Below are positions 35,981 through 49,300 of a stretch of DNA of 64,000 nucleotides, in pieces; positions within the stretch are counted from its first letter, which is position 1; every line of letters starts with the position of its first letter. This DNA comes from Callorhinchus milii. Lineage: Eukaryota. Location of the stretch: positions 36,892,001 to 36,956,000 of the forward strand of contig NW_024704742.1 in NCBI RefSeq assembly GCF_018977255.1, given 5' to 3'. Made by a program: the position numbers and the translations under genes. The notes beneath the pieces were generated by a model. It was not told the DNA's origin. It worked only from the letters and a program-made list of their open reading frames with translations, and did no database searches.

Positions 35981-36502
35981 GTACTGCAATTACGTTGCTG
36001 CTTCCACAAACAAACCCAAACTTTTTGATGTCAACAGCCAGGGATGTACAATGAGCAACCCCTGCCAGGCAGAGGTGCAACATGAGTGTATGTCATTATG
36101 CAGCAGGTGGCATGATGTTAACCCAACATAAGTGTTTTTCACTGATATTTATCCAGGGTAAATACAACTCTGTTACAGTTCAAGGGATACATCCCACTGT
36201 GATGGACTATAGCAAAGCTTTTGCATTAAATCCAGAATAATGTATATTTATGAGATGGACCAGGACTTCAACATAAGAGACTGAGAGCTCCCTCCTCTGG
36301 AAGCAGACTCAAACAACCAAATCAGATCTGGTAGGTTTGATTATTCACAAGTATTTATCATCAGTGTAAATTCCAAGTCAACCACATGACTCAGATACTA
36401 ACTTTGAAAAAATAGTGTTTGCCAAATTGGGTTTCCTTTATGTGGAGGTGTGGATGCTATCCTGCCAGGGAAATGTCTGAGCTACTGTGCAGGGAAGATT
36501 GC

Positions 36503-36935
36503 ACAACCACAACAAATTTACATTTATATAGCACGTCAGGAGGACATCCCAAGGTGCTTAAAAATACTGGCTTGGCAGCTGAGCTAGAAATGGCAGACGA
36601 TAAGGGTGGAGAGGGGAAAAATGATTGAAAGTGCAGTCAAAGAGGTAGGTCTTGAGATTGACCTTGAACAAAGCGAGGGAGGGAGCATGTCGGCTAGACT
36701 CCGGGATGTAGTTCCAGTGAGTGGAAGCAGAAAGACTAAAAGTCTGCCTGCTGATATGGGGTGGATAGACTGACTGACATGAACCAGGCCAGTACTTGCT
36801 GATTGAAGGGAGCATCCTGGTCTGAGGGTTGAAGAAGGTTGCAAAGGTACGGTGGGGGGCGGGGAGAGACAGTGGAGTGATGTAAAGGATTTAAAGATCT
36901 TGCACTCGATCCACTGGGGATGGGGAGTCAATAGA
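36503..36935 (-). mobile_element. Older L2 3' fragment
   Basis: QWIECKIFKSFTSLH..., ISRQTFSLSASTHWNYIP...FKVNLKTYLF. Confidence 0.75.
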
Positions 36936-37892
36936 TCTGAGCAAAGATGGTGTTGATTGATTCACAAAGCCTGGTGCAGAAAGGGCACAGGCTGCAGAGA
37001 TTTGGATAGTCTGCTCAGGACATGAACAGAGATTGGGTCGGTGTGAGCTCAGAAAAGAGCTGAACTCTGCAAATGTTAATATTTTTGTGGCTGAGTTGAA
37101 CTGCTGCTGCCCTTTCCATTCGCTCTGTCAGGCTGTAATTCAAAGCTATCAAATGGCACAAGCCAGCTGCTTAACTCCTTAATTGTTGAAACAGATTCTT
37201 GCGGATCCTTTGGTGTTACTGCTTAAATGGGATCCAAGGTGCCATACCTGCAAACCGGATATCATGCATTAACAGGGACTTTGTGCCTACAATTGATCAA
37301 TTCCCCTCACACGTTGCAATTCTGAACTCCAGCAAAGACATTATTAACCTTTTATTGGGTCTTTTCTGATAATAATAATATTAATCCTTGCGTTTGATTA
37401 TAGTGCCTTATCACGTCTTCAAGTTGTCTCAAAGCGCTTCACAGAATACACTATAAAGTGAGTTGGCTGTATATTTTGTGGGTGAAACCCGGCAACCAAT
37501 TGCACACACAGTGTTAGACAAACTATCATGAATTGAGTGACCAAATTATTATTATTATTTTATTTTATTCACTGAGAAATAACTGGAAAACAAAACACTG
37601 TCCAAAATCACAACTTAGAGCTTGTGATAGCGCCCTGTGTTTTGCCTCCAAGTCTTTTCTCAACCGAATTCATGAAGTAAAAAGTTACCTACATAATAGC
37701 CTTTGCTGCCATTTGGAAATACATTTTGCAATGTTCTGAGCACTTTTGGTAGCAAGTTAGCCATTCTTCGGATGAGACATTAAACTGAAGCACCGTCTGC
37801 CTGTTCAGGTGAACAATAAAGATCCCCTGATACTACTCGGTAAGAGAATGGGAGGTTCTCTCGATGTTCTGGCCAACTATCCCCCAAATAAA

Positions 37893-38072
37893 CAAAACAC
37901 AAAATACTGCAGATGCTGGAATCTGAAACAAAAACAGAGAGAGCTGGGAAAACTCAACAGGTCAGGCAGCATCTATGGAGAAAGGAAAGTGAGTCAAAGT
38001 TTCGGGTCCACAACCCTTCATCAGAAGCAATTTTTTTTAAGGTATTATTACCCTCTGAAAAGCAATCTGCTA
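37893..38072 (-). mobile_element. Penelope-like hammerhead element fused to a SINE fragment, 14-bp TSD, inserted in a Deu-SINE
   Basis: Minus strand CTGATGA-A-GGGTT-GTG-GACCC-GAAA (38024-38000); the arm matches 34585-34692; direct repeat atcccccaaataaa at 37879-37892 and 38073-38086. Confidence 0.75.
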
Positions 38073-38289
38073 ATCCCCCAAATAAAATTGGTTATTCACT
38101 CATGGCATTTTGTGGGCATTGCTGTGTGCAAATTGGCTTCCACGTTCACCTACAAAATACACAGCCACTGCACTTTACAATAAAACCATATGAAGCGCGT
38201 TTCAACCCCCTCTCCCCAGTTAAACAAGTTATACAAAAGGCAAGGATTATTATAAGGATTATTACATTATTATAATAATAATGTGGTTA

Positions 38290-38604
38290 AGCTCAGTGGT
38301 TAGAGCACTCGCTTTGCAAGCGAGAGACCTGGTTCAATTCCAGGCAGAGGGCGAAACCTTGGGCAAGTTTCCTTACTCCACACAGAGCCTAATAATAATC
38401 CCTCCAAAACTAAAAACAATAATTAAATTGGTCATTTTCAATCTACGACTGTTTGTGGGACATTGCTGTGCGCAATTGGCTGCCGCGTCCGCCCACAATT
38501 ATACAGTCAATTCACTTTACAGTGTGTTCTGTGAAGCGCTTTGGGACGTCCTCCCGACGTGAAAAGCGCTATATCAAATGCAAGGATTATTATTATTATT
38601 ATTA
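38290..38604 (+). mobile_element. tRNA-SINE family A, young
   Basis: Near-identical to 50746-51060. Confidence 0.92.
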
Positions 38605-38605
38605 T

Positions 38606-38960
38606 ATAATCCTTGCATTTGATATAGCGCCTTATCACAGCTACGAGACGTCTCAAAGCGCTTCACAGAAAATACTTTGAATTGACTGTATTTATTTTGT
38701 GGGTGAAATGTGGCAGCCAATTGCGCACAGTAGTGCCCCACAAACAGTCATGGATTGAAGTGACCAATTTTTTTTAAAGGTATTAATACACCCGGAAAAG
38801 CAATCCGCTAATCAACTATAAACCGGGTTCCTACTTACTGCTAGGTAAACAGAGGCGTGTGGAGTAAGGAAAATGTCCCAACGCTTCGCCCTGCCAGGAA
38901 TCGAACCCAGGTCTTTCGCTTGCAATTCTAATGCTCTAACCGCTGAGCTGCAGAATTCCA
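38606..38960 (-). mobile_element. tRNA-SINE family B, full length, tail-to-tail with the previous SINE
   Basis: Reverse complement: gcagctcagcggttagagca...ggttcgattcctggcagggcg...ccacacgcctctgtttacctagcagtaagtaggaacccgg... followed by the shared tail. Confidence 0.88.
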
Positions 38961-39851
38961 TGTTGTGTATTATTATTATTATACTAAGAGTATTTTCTCA
39001 GCAAAAGACCAGCTTCGTGTCTCAGCGTAAAATGTGCAATTGCAAAGATGAAGAACTACAATTCAAACATTGCCGTTACTAGTGCAAACCTGCTGGATGG
39101 TGCAACCCACTCGTGTTGAAGTTTTTGCAGTTCATTTGCTAACCGAGTAACATTTCCTCATCACCAGCAGTGATGGAAACTGTTATGTGACTGTGTCTTG
39201 GCCAAAGTAAACCAGTAAACCACTGTGAGCTGGCAATTTTGCTAATTTTGAAGGTTTGCTTTGGCACACAATTGAGAATCCGTTTTTTATATAAATGAGG
39301 TGTTTCTCGAAATTGAGCAAACTTTATTTTTTACCATAATGGAAACCATCTGTCAAACAATCAGTATCTCTTTTGCCAGCTCACACATTCTTAAAGCAGT
39401 TGAAATCAATAGGACATTCTTCTTGAATTGTCGTGCCATTTTTTTAAAAAAAACAACAATGTTTGCCCTTATGTTAAATTGCCAGGAGCCAAGAAATAAG
39501 TCTGTCTGTGCTTGATTCATTTACTTAGGCAATAATTTTAAATTCAATTTTTTAAAAAAAAACTCCCAACAATGAAAGTTTTCAAGGAAGATTTTTTGGT
39601 TTTGAATTCTGGGTTTGAGGCCAATGTGATCATTTTGTACCATGGAATTCTTATTTTTAATTGAGCTGAGAAGCTATCAGAATTATTAAGTGTGTCATCT
39701 GTTCGGTTCTCCCACCGCTTCTCTGCTCACCTCCGTCTCCCTAATATTTTTATTGCATGTCCCATCCAGTCTGTAATACAACAACAAAATTCCATTTGTA
39801 TAGCGTCTTTCACATCAGGAGGACATCCCAAGGCACTGGACACTCAGTGTT

Positions 39852-39878
39852 TCGGCCTTTTGGCTAAAATCAAGTGCA
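39852..39878 (+). pseudogene. U2 snRNA 5' fragment
   Basis: tcggccttttggctaaaatcaagtgca vs U2 tcggccttttggctaagatcaagtgta (25/27). Confidence 0.7.
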
Positions 39879-39976
39879 ACGTGTGTAATAGAAATTATTC
39901 TGTTCAGCATTTTGAACTCCCTTTTGCCAAGCTTCCTTCCTGCACTGCACTGCTATGGTAACTTCACAACTACTAC

Positions 39977-40265
39977 AGTTGAGCCCCCGTTATAAAATGG
40001 TTTGTTGCGCCATGAATGTCTGATCTGTTGCTTTGACTTGTCTGACCTGTTGCTTTTGCGCAGTCAGCCGAGCTAAAAATAAACCCGACTTCTGGGTCAT
40101 CAGGTCACTGCTAACATTACTTCCTGCCTCCTACCTGACATGCAAGAAGTGACGTCAGCGGCCACCTAATGACCTTGCAGTGAGCTGGAAATAGTCAACT
40201 TCTGGGTCTCAAGGTTGCTGCCAAGGTCGTAACTCTAACCCACTGCATAATAATAGGTCCATACT
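39977..40265. mobile_element. Degenerate Tigger/pogo-like MITE
   Basis: Starts TA-cagttgagcccccgttataa (pogo/Tigger-like terminus); internal repeated acttctgggtc motifs. Confidence 0.45.
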
Positions 40266-40974
40266 TTATATTCTGACTTTATGAGGAAAATCTCTGGTAT
40301 TCTTGATCAAGTTCCTTAATTTAGCACCAATGTTCATTTTGGCTCCTATTGGCAATGTTTCATCTGAGTCAGTGGGGACCAACCTTTGTAGTCGCTGAAC
40401 AAAATACATTTTCTTGATTGAATATTTCTTGATATATGCCATAAATCAAGAAATATTCAATAAAGAAAAAACTGAAAACACTATTGATTGAACACGGACT
40501 TACTTAGACTTGTGCAAATGTTCAGGGAGGGCACTTCTTAACAGCCCGAGGCAGGAGGGGGGCAGTAACTGGTCTGAGTTTAGCATTCTGAGCTTCACAC
40601 TGATTTAATATCCTAGCCACTGGAGGTAGTGTAACCACTTCTTCCTTATTCCTACCCTCACCGAGTCATCCGATTTCCCAAACTGATGATGGATTGAAGC
40701 GATAGATCCGACATTTTGGGGTATCTTGGCCCTTACAGAACCAAATAAGTATTTTTCCACTAGGCCCATAACCCTGACCGTGATGAAGAAATGCTATGTT
40801 CAGTGTAAGAAACCAGCCCAGAAAATAGGAATTAAAAGAGAAAAAAGTAAATGGAAAGAATAGTCTGCTGGTAACCCTAGCCTGGTGTTGCCTGGTACGT
40901 GAATCCACTGGTCACTGCTGTGATGAGACCTATGGCAATCAATTGGTGGGGCTTCAGGTTGTATATCTCACCAC

Positions 40975-41275
40975 CATTTTTCAGATGAGATGTTAAACTA
41001 AGGTCCCATCTGCCTGTTCAGGTGGATGTTAAAAATTCCATGGCACTACTCAGAAAGAGAAGGGAGTTTCTCCCAGTGTCCCACAAACAATCCTCCAAAT
41101 AAAATCTTGTTCATTAACTTTGTGTCTGTTTGTGGGATATTGCTGTGTGCAAATTGGCTGCCATGTTAACCTACAAATTAAAAGTCAATATATACTTTAC
41201 AATATATCCTGTGTAGGATTTTGAGATGTCCTCAGATGGCAAAGGATTCAAGTCGAATGTAAGGATTATTATTTG
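40975..41275 (+). mobile_element. Deu-domain SINE 3' two-thirds
   Basis: tttcagatgagatgttaaac...ctgcctgttcaggtggatgttaaaaattccatggcac and the shared tail. Confidence 0.8.
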
Positions 41276-41779
41276 TTTTATTATTGTCCTTTGCAAAGGA
41301 GGGCAGGGAGGAAACAGTTTGATGTGATGCCGCCCATCTCCACCGCCGTCATTGCGTTTTCTCACAGTGTAACTTGAGAGATTCCTGGATAAGATGAATA
41401 ACATCATGCCCGTTTTATCCTTCCTGCTGAATGGCATCACACAGGAGTGAGTGGCCTTGTGGGAATAACACTGACGGGGAAAAGGGAAAATACAGTTTCG
41501 GAGAAAGTGGGAGCTGCCATTTGATCTTTCATCAACGCAGCAGGAATTAATCCATCTTTCATCGTAAAAAATTGCTGAGTGATACTCTTAATCCCTTAAG
41601 AACTGCAGTATTATTTCATTGCCAAAATAAATATAACGTATAACACAATGTGGATTCTTATGGTTAACATGAGAAGGTAGCTAGTCAATGCATGTTCTGT
41701 GCACACTGACCATTCTGTATGATTTGCAGAGCTGTTCAGTGATACGATAGATCCCTGCTGCCTTTAAGAGTGAGCATCT

Positions 41780-41950
41780 GGGCTCCCCAAGGGCTCAGTG
41801 GGTAACTGGAACTGAGCCACAAAGCTCAGGCGGATCAGAGTTCTATCCCAGAGCTGTGCTGAGTTCACTAATCTCAGCCGGAACAGTGGTAGACGCTACA
41901 ATTGACTGGGCTAGAAGGAGTAAATCAGCTGGCATTCCTGTTCCAGTGGC
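41780..41950 (+). mobile_element. Ancient LmeSINE1-like SINE head
   Basis: ggctcagtgggtaa...actgagcca...tgtgctgagtt..ctaatctcagccgg..cagtggt...gctacaattg resembles the recalled LmeSINE1 5' region. Confidence 0.45.
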
Positions 41951-44900
41951 CAAAATTTAGGTTTAAGATCACTGTCTTAAAATAAGATTATGTGAAATTT
42001 GGAAAACAGTCTTCAATCTTAATTTGAAGCCGATTTTCCACAGTTTCCTTTTTGCTACTACAGAAAAGCAGCTTCTGAATTAAGGCTGAATTTAAGATTC
42101 GGTTGGATTCAAGTACAAGGATCTCTAGTTGGATTCTGATCTGTTTTTACTTTCATGTAGACAGTGTTAGAGAGGCATTCCAGAGGGTCAGCTTCCAACA
42201 TGCCTGGGATTTGCAATTTACAAATCTTTTTACGTGATTCTCCCAAATTAGTTGTGCGCAAACGTGCTTTTTTAAAATAAAAATTAAGTTACCATTGAAT
42301 TGTACTCCACATTGTAAATCCGAGCAGGATCTCAGCAACATCAGCCTCAGGGTCTGAAGTTTCCTGCAATGTAATTACACTGTACTCCTGTGAAATGCTG
42401 TGCAGTGCTTTCCAAATTTGCATCCAGTGACTATAAAACATTGACTCTGAGCTATTAACCTCTTTGTGCAGGTAAAACCTCATGAAGAAGAAAAAAGGAA
42501 CTAAAATTTTCCATTGTTTGTTGGACTTGTGCCTTCTATGTGGTCACACCACTGGTGGTGAAAAAGAGAGAGAGGGATCCAAAGGCATCTACTGATATTT
42601 TTTATAAAACCTAATTACAAACCTAGAGAACCTAGTGTCGCTGCATATCTTATTTATCCACTCCCCTGCAGAGCGTGGAACGTTATTCATTACTCAGCAA
42701 TATACAACCAGTGAAGTTACACAGTGTAAGAATGAACCAGAAATTCTGCAGATACGTGCTGCAGAAATGTGCTGCTAATAGGTTTTATTTTACTTTTGCT
42801 CAATGACGAGATTTTTCTCTTAAAGGGCCAAGTGTTTTCATGTAGTAAAGAGACAATGCACAGTGCGTGTCTACATGTGTGTACATGGTTGAGTGCGTAT
42901 GTGTGTTTGTTTGTATGTGTCTTTGTGTGTCTGTGTGTTTGTTTGTATGGAATCAACTGTCCCAGAACGTCATAGATGAGAATCTATTGAAGAGTTGAAA
43001 AAAAATTGATGGCTATTTGAAAAGTAGTACTTTTTTTTTGAAGTAGTGCTTCCAATTCGAATATGCATTAAATGGGGATGTCCTGGAAAGATAGGTTGAT
43101 TGTAGAAATGTTTGGGACTGTGCCCACTTGAAGTTCTCTGTAATCACTAAGACATTTCTACTTTCCATGGCTATTTCTAACTAATCCAATTGCTCAGAAA
43201 CAGGGAGGGCGGGACATCACAAGAGGGTTCAGTAATTAACTCAAGTCTCTGAGAACAGGACAGCTCAACATGACAACTGCACCGCTAAGTTGGTTGCTGT
43301 TTATTTGTCTTGTTCAAAAGTCTCCAGTAAGGTGATCCGCACTCAGCGACAGGCAGGAAATCAGCCTTTGGTGTGACAGAAATATTAAGCAGTGAACTAC
43401 TTCTCTGCATTGCAGCAAATGTTAAGAAGTGAAAAGGGCTCGCTTCTGAGCTGTTGCGACATCATTTCTTTGAGAGTCCTTTTTCTATTTTACTTTCTCT
43501 CGCCCCCATTCCATTTTTATTAATCTATCGCTTTTGAAATGCTTTTCCCTCCTCCTTTTCCCCCAGGTGATTCCCTGGCTTATAGCTTGAGATACAACCC
43601 AATCCCCCTGTCCAGTTGAACAATCATGTTTTTCATGGAGATAGCTAATGCTTCTCAAACACCTAGGGGACAAACGTGTATATTATGCAGGTGGATGGTA
43701 CTGCTCTATCATTGAAGTTAAATGCAGTTTTAAGATGCATCAAGATTAACAATATTGATGCTACTTGATGTTCAATCAGATTGCCTCTTACAGAACTGGC
43801 TAAATTGTTACCTTTGTAATAGCAACAGATGAGCGTTGAAAGAGGTTTGAATTGGAGCAGGACTTGGAAGACAGAAAGAGAAGGGGCTCACTCTCTTCCA
43901 CAAATCCATCCACTCCCAGGCACCACTTTATATCTCCAATCTCATCCTACCTTACTCCTCCACCGGCCACACCCTTCACTCAGATAAATCAGGTTTGCTG
44001 TTCATCCCACCCACTCCACGTGACCATTATTGGCTGAGCCTTTGGTTCCTATGTACTAACCTTCGGAACTCCCTCCCTCTACCCCTCAGCCTTGTTCTTC
44101 TTGTTCTGCCTTTAAGCCCTGACTCAAATCCTACTTCCTTGAACCTCTGTGGTTACCTATCCCTCCTCCTCTCTTCCCAAACCCCCACCCTTCCCTTGGA
44201 GTCCAATCCCAAGCACTCGGAGATGTTACTCTAAATAAAGAGTGCTACTTGAGTGCAAGTTGTTGTTTATTCAGAGTAGGTGCTTGTGGGAAATGAGCCT
44301 GTCTGACGATACCCCATAATAATAATAATAATAATAAGCCCTGCGTTTCACATAGAGTCTTAATAATAGGAAGAAACGGGGAAAGAACAGATAAAAGAAT
44401 TGTTTTGCAGAGATCACTTCCCACCAACATACTTATACTGTGATCCGTGCATGTTTGAGAGAGATTCATTTCACTTTGCAGGTCTCAAACTGTGCTGCTG
44501 TCGTTCAACCTAACCAGTAGTCACCTTGCAGCTGATAATCCTTGAACGTCAACTTGTTTCTATTTCCAGTCTGCTGTCTGTACAATGTAAGCCATTGTGT
44601 AGAGTGTGCAGTGATAAAAACATCAGCGACAGCTTCAAACACAATGTGGGCGTGCTCTTGTCTATTCTGTTTGTGGAAGAGGCAGGGGGCACTTACTGAG
44701 AACAGGGTGATGTACTTCAAGGACAATTAGATTAGCTGGGAGATTAAACACATTATTGAGCACTGGGAGCACTGGGAATCTGGCTTTGGTCACCACATAA
44801 CACACTTATTTCACACAACCCAACAGATATTTCGCATTGTTTATAATCCTCAGGACTGCAGATTTATAGAATTGCAGAGTCAAGGGAATCCACCCTTGAC

Positions 44901-45466
44901 TTTGCAAAATGACAAACCTGCACTGCACTTGAGCCTGGGTTTGAGTTCAATACTTGCTCTCTAGATATACAGTTATAATTGTGTCCACAATGACTCCTAC
45001 ATGCACTGGCCAGCTTCATTTAAAGTGCTTTTTCTTCACATATTTCATAAGAGGAGTGAGTTTTAAAAAAACACATTTATTTTGACAATTGGCCAAGTGC
45101 CTCCTAATCCATCAATATCTGACTCCTCAAAACTTTATAATCCTTCATACTGAACCTCTATATTTTACAGCAACCTCCTGGGAAGCTGGATTTGACATGC
45201 TGTCAAATCCAGAGTGAGTAGCTTCACACCCTGCACAGGAACCCAGAGTGTAAGACAATCTCTGCTGCTGCCTGTTGCAGGGATATTTGGACCTTTTATA
45301 ACTTTTGCAAAGGCAATGACTCACTTCTCGAAAGAAGGTTTGTCACTTTGTGAAGGAAGTGATATCAGCGGTGTTTGTCAGTGTGCAGAAAGTGTCTTCA
45401 GTCATACGTAGTGCTTTCTACACATAACGTGCAGGGAATGATGTCAGTGGCGAGCTGATGACCCAG

Positions 45467-46162
45467 AACAACAACAACAAGATTCCATTTATAGAGCGCC
45501 TTTCATGTCGGGAGGACGTCCCAAGACGCTGTACAGTTGGGTCAGGATGAAGGGAGGGAAGGGAGGGAGCGAGGAGGGGGTAGAGAGTCGAGAGGGGAGC
45601 TGAAGGCACGGTCAAAGAGAAAGGTCTTGAGACCGGCCTTGAAGGAGGAAAGGGAGGAAGCGGCGAAGGCACTGGGGGATAGAGTTCCAGAGCCTAGGGG
45701 CTGAGAGGCTGAAGGCCCGGCCACCGATGGTAGGGAGGTTGGGGTGGGGGGTGTGGAGCAGACCGGACCCAGAGGAATGGAGGGTATGGGCAGATAAGTA
45801 GGGGGATAGTAGGTCAGAGAGGTAGGAGGGAGCGCGGCCGTGAATGGCCTTGTAGGTGAGGATGAGGATCTTGAATTTGATCCTCTGGGGGATGGGGAGC
45901 CAGTGGAGGCGAGCGAAGGTGGGAGTGATGTGGTCCCGAAGCCTGGTGCGGGACAGTACACGAGCTGCAGAGTTCTGAATGACCTGCAGCTTGTGGAGGG
46001 AGGTGGCGGGAAGGCCGGCGAGGAGAGAGTTCCCATAGTCCAGCCTTGAGGTGATAAAGGCGTGGACCAGAGTTTCAGCAGCGTGAGGGGTGAGGTAGTG
46101 CCGTAGTCTGGCGATATTCCGGAGGTGATGGAAGGCGGTGCCAGTTGTGGCGCGGATATAAG
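45467..46162 (-). mobile_element. L2 LINE 3' ~700 bp, well preserved
   Basis: TAFHHLRNIARLRHYLTPHAAETLVHAFITSRLDYGNSLLAGLP...LQVIQNSAARVLSRTRLRDHITPTFARLHWLPIPQRIKFKIL; 3' UTR and (TTG)n. Confidence 0.95.
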
Positions 46163-46306
46163 AAGCAGGAATGATGGGTGCAGAATTGGCCTGCCACATT
46201 TGCCTGCAAATGCAATCCCCCCATTTCACAGTAAATCCCGTGAAGTGCTTTGAGACATCCTCCTGAGGTGAAAGGCACTGTGCGAAAGGAAAGAATATAT
46301 TTCTTA

Positions 46307-46307
46307 A

Positions 46308-46339
<32 letters not shown>

Positions 46340-46349
46340 ATAATATATA
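46307..46349. repeat. (TA)n microsatellite
   Basis: Interrupted AT dinucleotide run. Confidence 0.9.
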
Positions 46350-49300
46350 CTTAAACAAAAAAAAACTATGAAAGAATGGTTCCACTGTGTAAATATTTCA
46401 ATTTAAAAAAATGTCAATATCATTTCAATTAGCTGGTGGAATAATGGGGTTGATAAAGCTTTTGTCAGGAAATCTTGCACCTTGATGCTGGATAAAGCAG
46501 CTTGTAGGATAGAGTACATCTCCTGCAGTGAACCCCCATTATTTAAAGTCATGCTAACCCAAGATCAGTTTCAGGCTAGTATACAGCTTTGGCGACTTCA
46601 TAATAAGCCTTGCATTTGATATAGCACCTTACCACATCGTTGAGATGTCTCAAAGCATTCATAGGAAATACTCTAAAGTGTAGTGACTGTACTTTGTAGC
46701 GGAACGTGACAAATCATTTTGCGCGCAGCAGTGTCCCACAAACAGCCATGAATGTAGACTTGTAAAGCGTTAATTTATGGGCTCAGATCAAAGTTAAAAC
46801 GTCCATGAATTGCGAGGCTTTAGCTTATTTGTATTCATTAAATTAGACTCAAGGATTTTGTTTGAATTTCTCGTTCATAATTGATTAAAATGTTTTGGAT
46901 TATATTTTATAAGCAGGGCTCTGAACGTGCTTGGAATAGACTGACTTGTGGTAAGACTTGACAACATTGCATTTACAACCAATTTGAGTCTGATTAGGAA
47001 AAAGATAACCACAGAAGCAGGCCAGTCGCTAAGATCCTGACGGGACTGTAAATTGCATGTTAGTCCTCACTTGAAAGCTAAAAAGCTTTGTTTTGGCTTC
47101 ACACAAATTACACATTCAAAGTACCTTTGCTCCCAGCTATTATGTTAGGATTCCAGCATTGATGCAGAAACACTGCTTTCTGTTTGGATTATGAAAATGC
47201 ACCTTTTCATCAAAATGCATTATAAATGAATCGCTCTTCATTTGCATCTGTTTCTTCTACCCTGGTCTTTTGTGTATGTACGGGTTTGTTTTTGCTCAGC
47301 AGGGCACTTGAAAGACAAACCACAACTCCATTACAATTGCCAACTCATAGGATCCTTGATCAGCCACGTCGGTTGGTATTTCTGTGGAGTAAAAGCTGCC
47401 AACCATGTGGCTGTAGAGCTAACCTTTTCCAGCCTCAGAATGGAGAGGAGCAAATGTCTCTGGCAGAAATTTGTAAAAAAAAATTAATATGATACTTTAG
47501 AACACAGAAAAATAGACCGAGATCTACAATCTTTCCAATCCGTAATGAATTTGGCCAAATGCACAAAAAGCTATGGTAGCTATTAATGGGTTCAGGTGTG
47601 ACGTATATCTTGTAATGTGTATAATTTTCAGTGCATCATAATATATATTGTGGAACACCACAATGGATTTCTGATCACACTATCATTGAATGCTTCCTAA
47701 TAACATCAGGCATTATAATTTTGTGGCATGTCATTGTCTTATTTTATAAAGGTCATGTTATTTTTTTCAATAGTATGTGGCAGAATTTGAGATGAAGATG
47801 ATTATATCAAGCATATTAGTCATACTTCCTTTACCTTGTAAAGGTTGTTACTAGGAGAGAAGTCGTACCGAAGTCAACTTTTATAATATTTCTTTAATGC
47901 AAACTCTAAAACCACCAAGTGAGTGGATGTAACAGCTGCCTTTGTTTCAATTATCTGTGACTATCCCTTTGTTGAATACCTTGGCAGGTGCTGGCTGTGT
48001 TTAAACTGTTGTGCAAAACTGGTATGATCCAGGAGAGCGCTCCATTCATACAAAACTCCCATCACTGGGGAGATGGATCACAAAGGCAATTTGGCTCATC
48101 AAATCCATTCTTTCCACAGTCTCTGTGCAACCTGTATTGCAATCCATTGTATCTCCTCGAGAAAAGTATGTAATATTTATCCTGATCTCTTAATGATTAG
48201 CTGAGTGCAGCTGCAAAAACATCTGTCAAACCTTGCATCCTATATCATCCGCATGAATTTATCATGGTCCCAGCAGCTGACGAACCATCATCTTCCATAG
48301 ATTTCGGTTATCTTCACCTGTATTTTTCAAAACCTTTATTCTTCTTTCTAGTTCAATACTCACCCAGTTCTTTTTTTAAAAAGGTATGCAATAGTTCTAC
48401 TGAATTTATCTTGGATTCTATTCCACATATTCAGTGAATGTGTACCTACAAACTACACATTCCCTGCACTACACTTCACAGTAAATCCAGTGAAGCACTT
48501 TGCGACGTTTACCTGATACGAAATTGCTATATCAAAGGCAACAATTATTATTATGATTTCACTGGGCATAAGGAATCCTTCTAAACTCAATTCAGTCAAG
48601 ATCCAGCCATCAATTTCTACTGTCCTGAGAATGAATCAATTCTGGACAAACCTGTCCCAGAAGTGAGCTTACTGTGTGGGAGGAACTGATTGAGAGCTCG
48701 CAATTTTAGTACACACATTCTCGAAATTAAATGTTGGATTTAGGCAGATGTTGATTGTGTTCTAAGATCCTACACATTGCCATTATGGTTATCTGCAGGT
48801 TCAGCCCAGGATGCTCTAAGTTAATGTTAACGAATACAAGCCCTAAAACTCTGGACTCCGACATTGGATGATGATGATGAATATTGGAGAAGTCTTTATA
48901 TTCACCTTTAGCTTGGGATTCAGCTGTAAAGAACTGTTTTCATTCGGGGTTCTCTGAACCCTAACTGAATGTAACTGGTCCGCTGCTCATACAAATGTCT
49001 GGCCGAGGTCTAATTGTATGACAGGGGATTATTATTGCAAGTGCGTGGGCTGACCTGTGTGGTTTCCAGCTGAAATGTATGGTAGATGCAGATCAGGTAT
49101 TTATACTAGTCTGACATGAGTCTTCTACTTCACAGTTCCAGACAAACCCAGCTGTGTTTTTGCTGCAGGTCACAGTCACAGGTTTCCGTGCAAGCAAATC
49201 TAATCTTGACCAGCTGCACTTGAACTTCTCGTGGGAATTTTTAGCCACAGAGTAAATGGAAGAGGGGTAGTCGGTGCCTTTTACCCGAATTACTTCAAAA

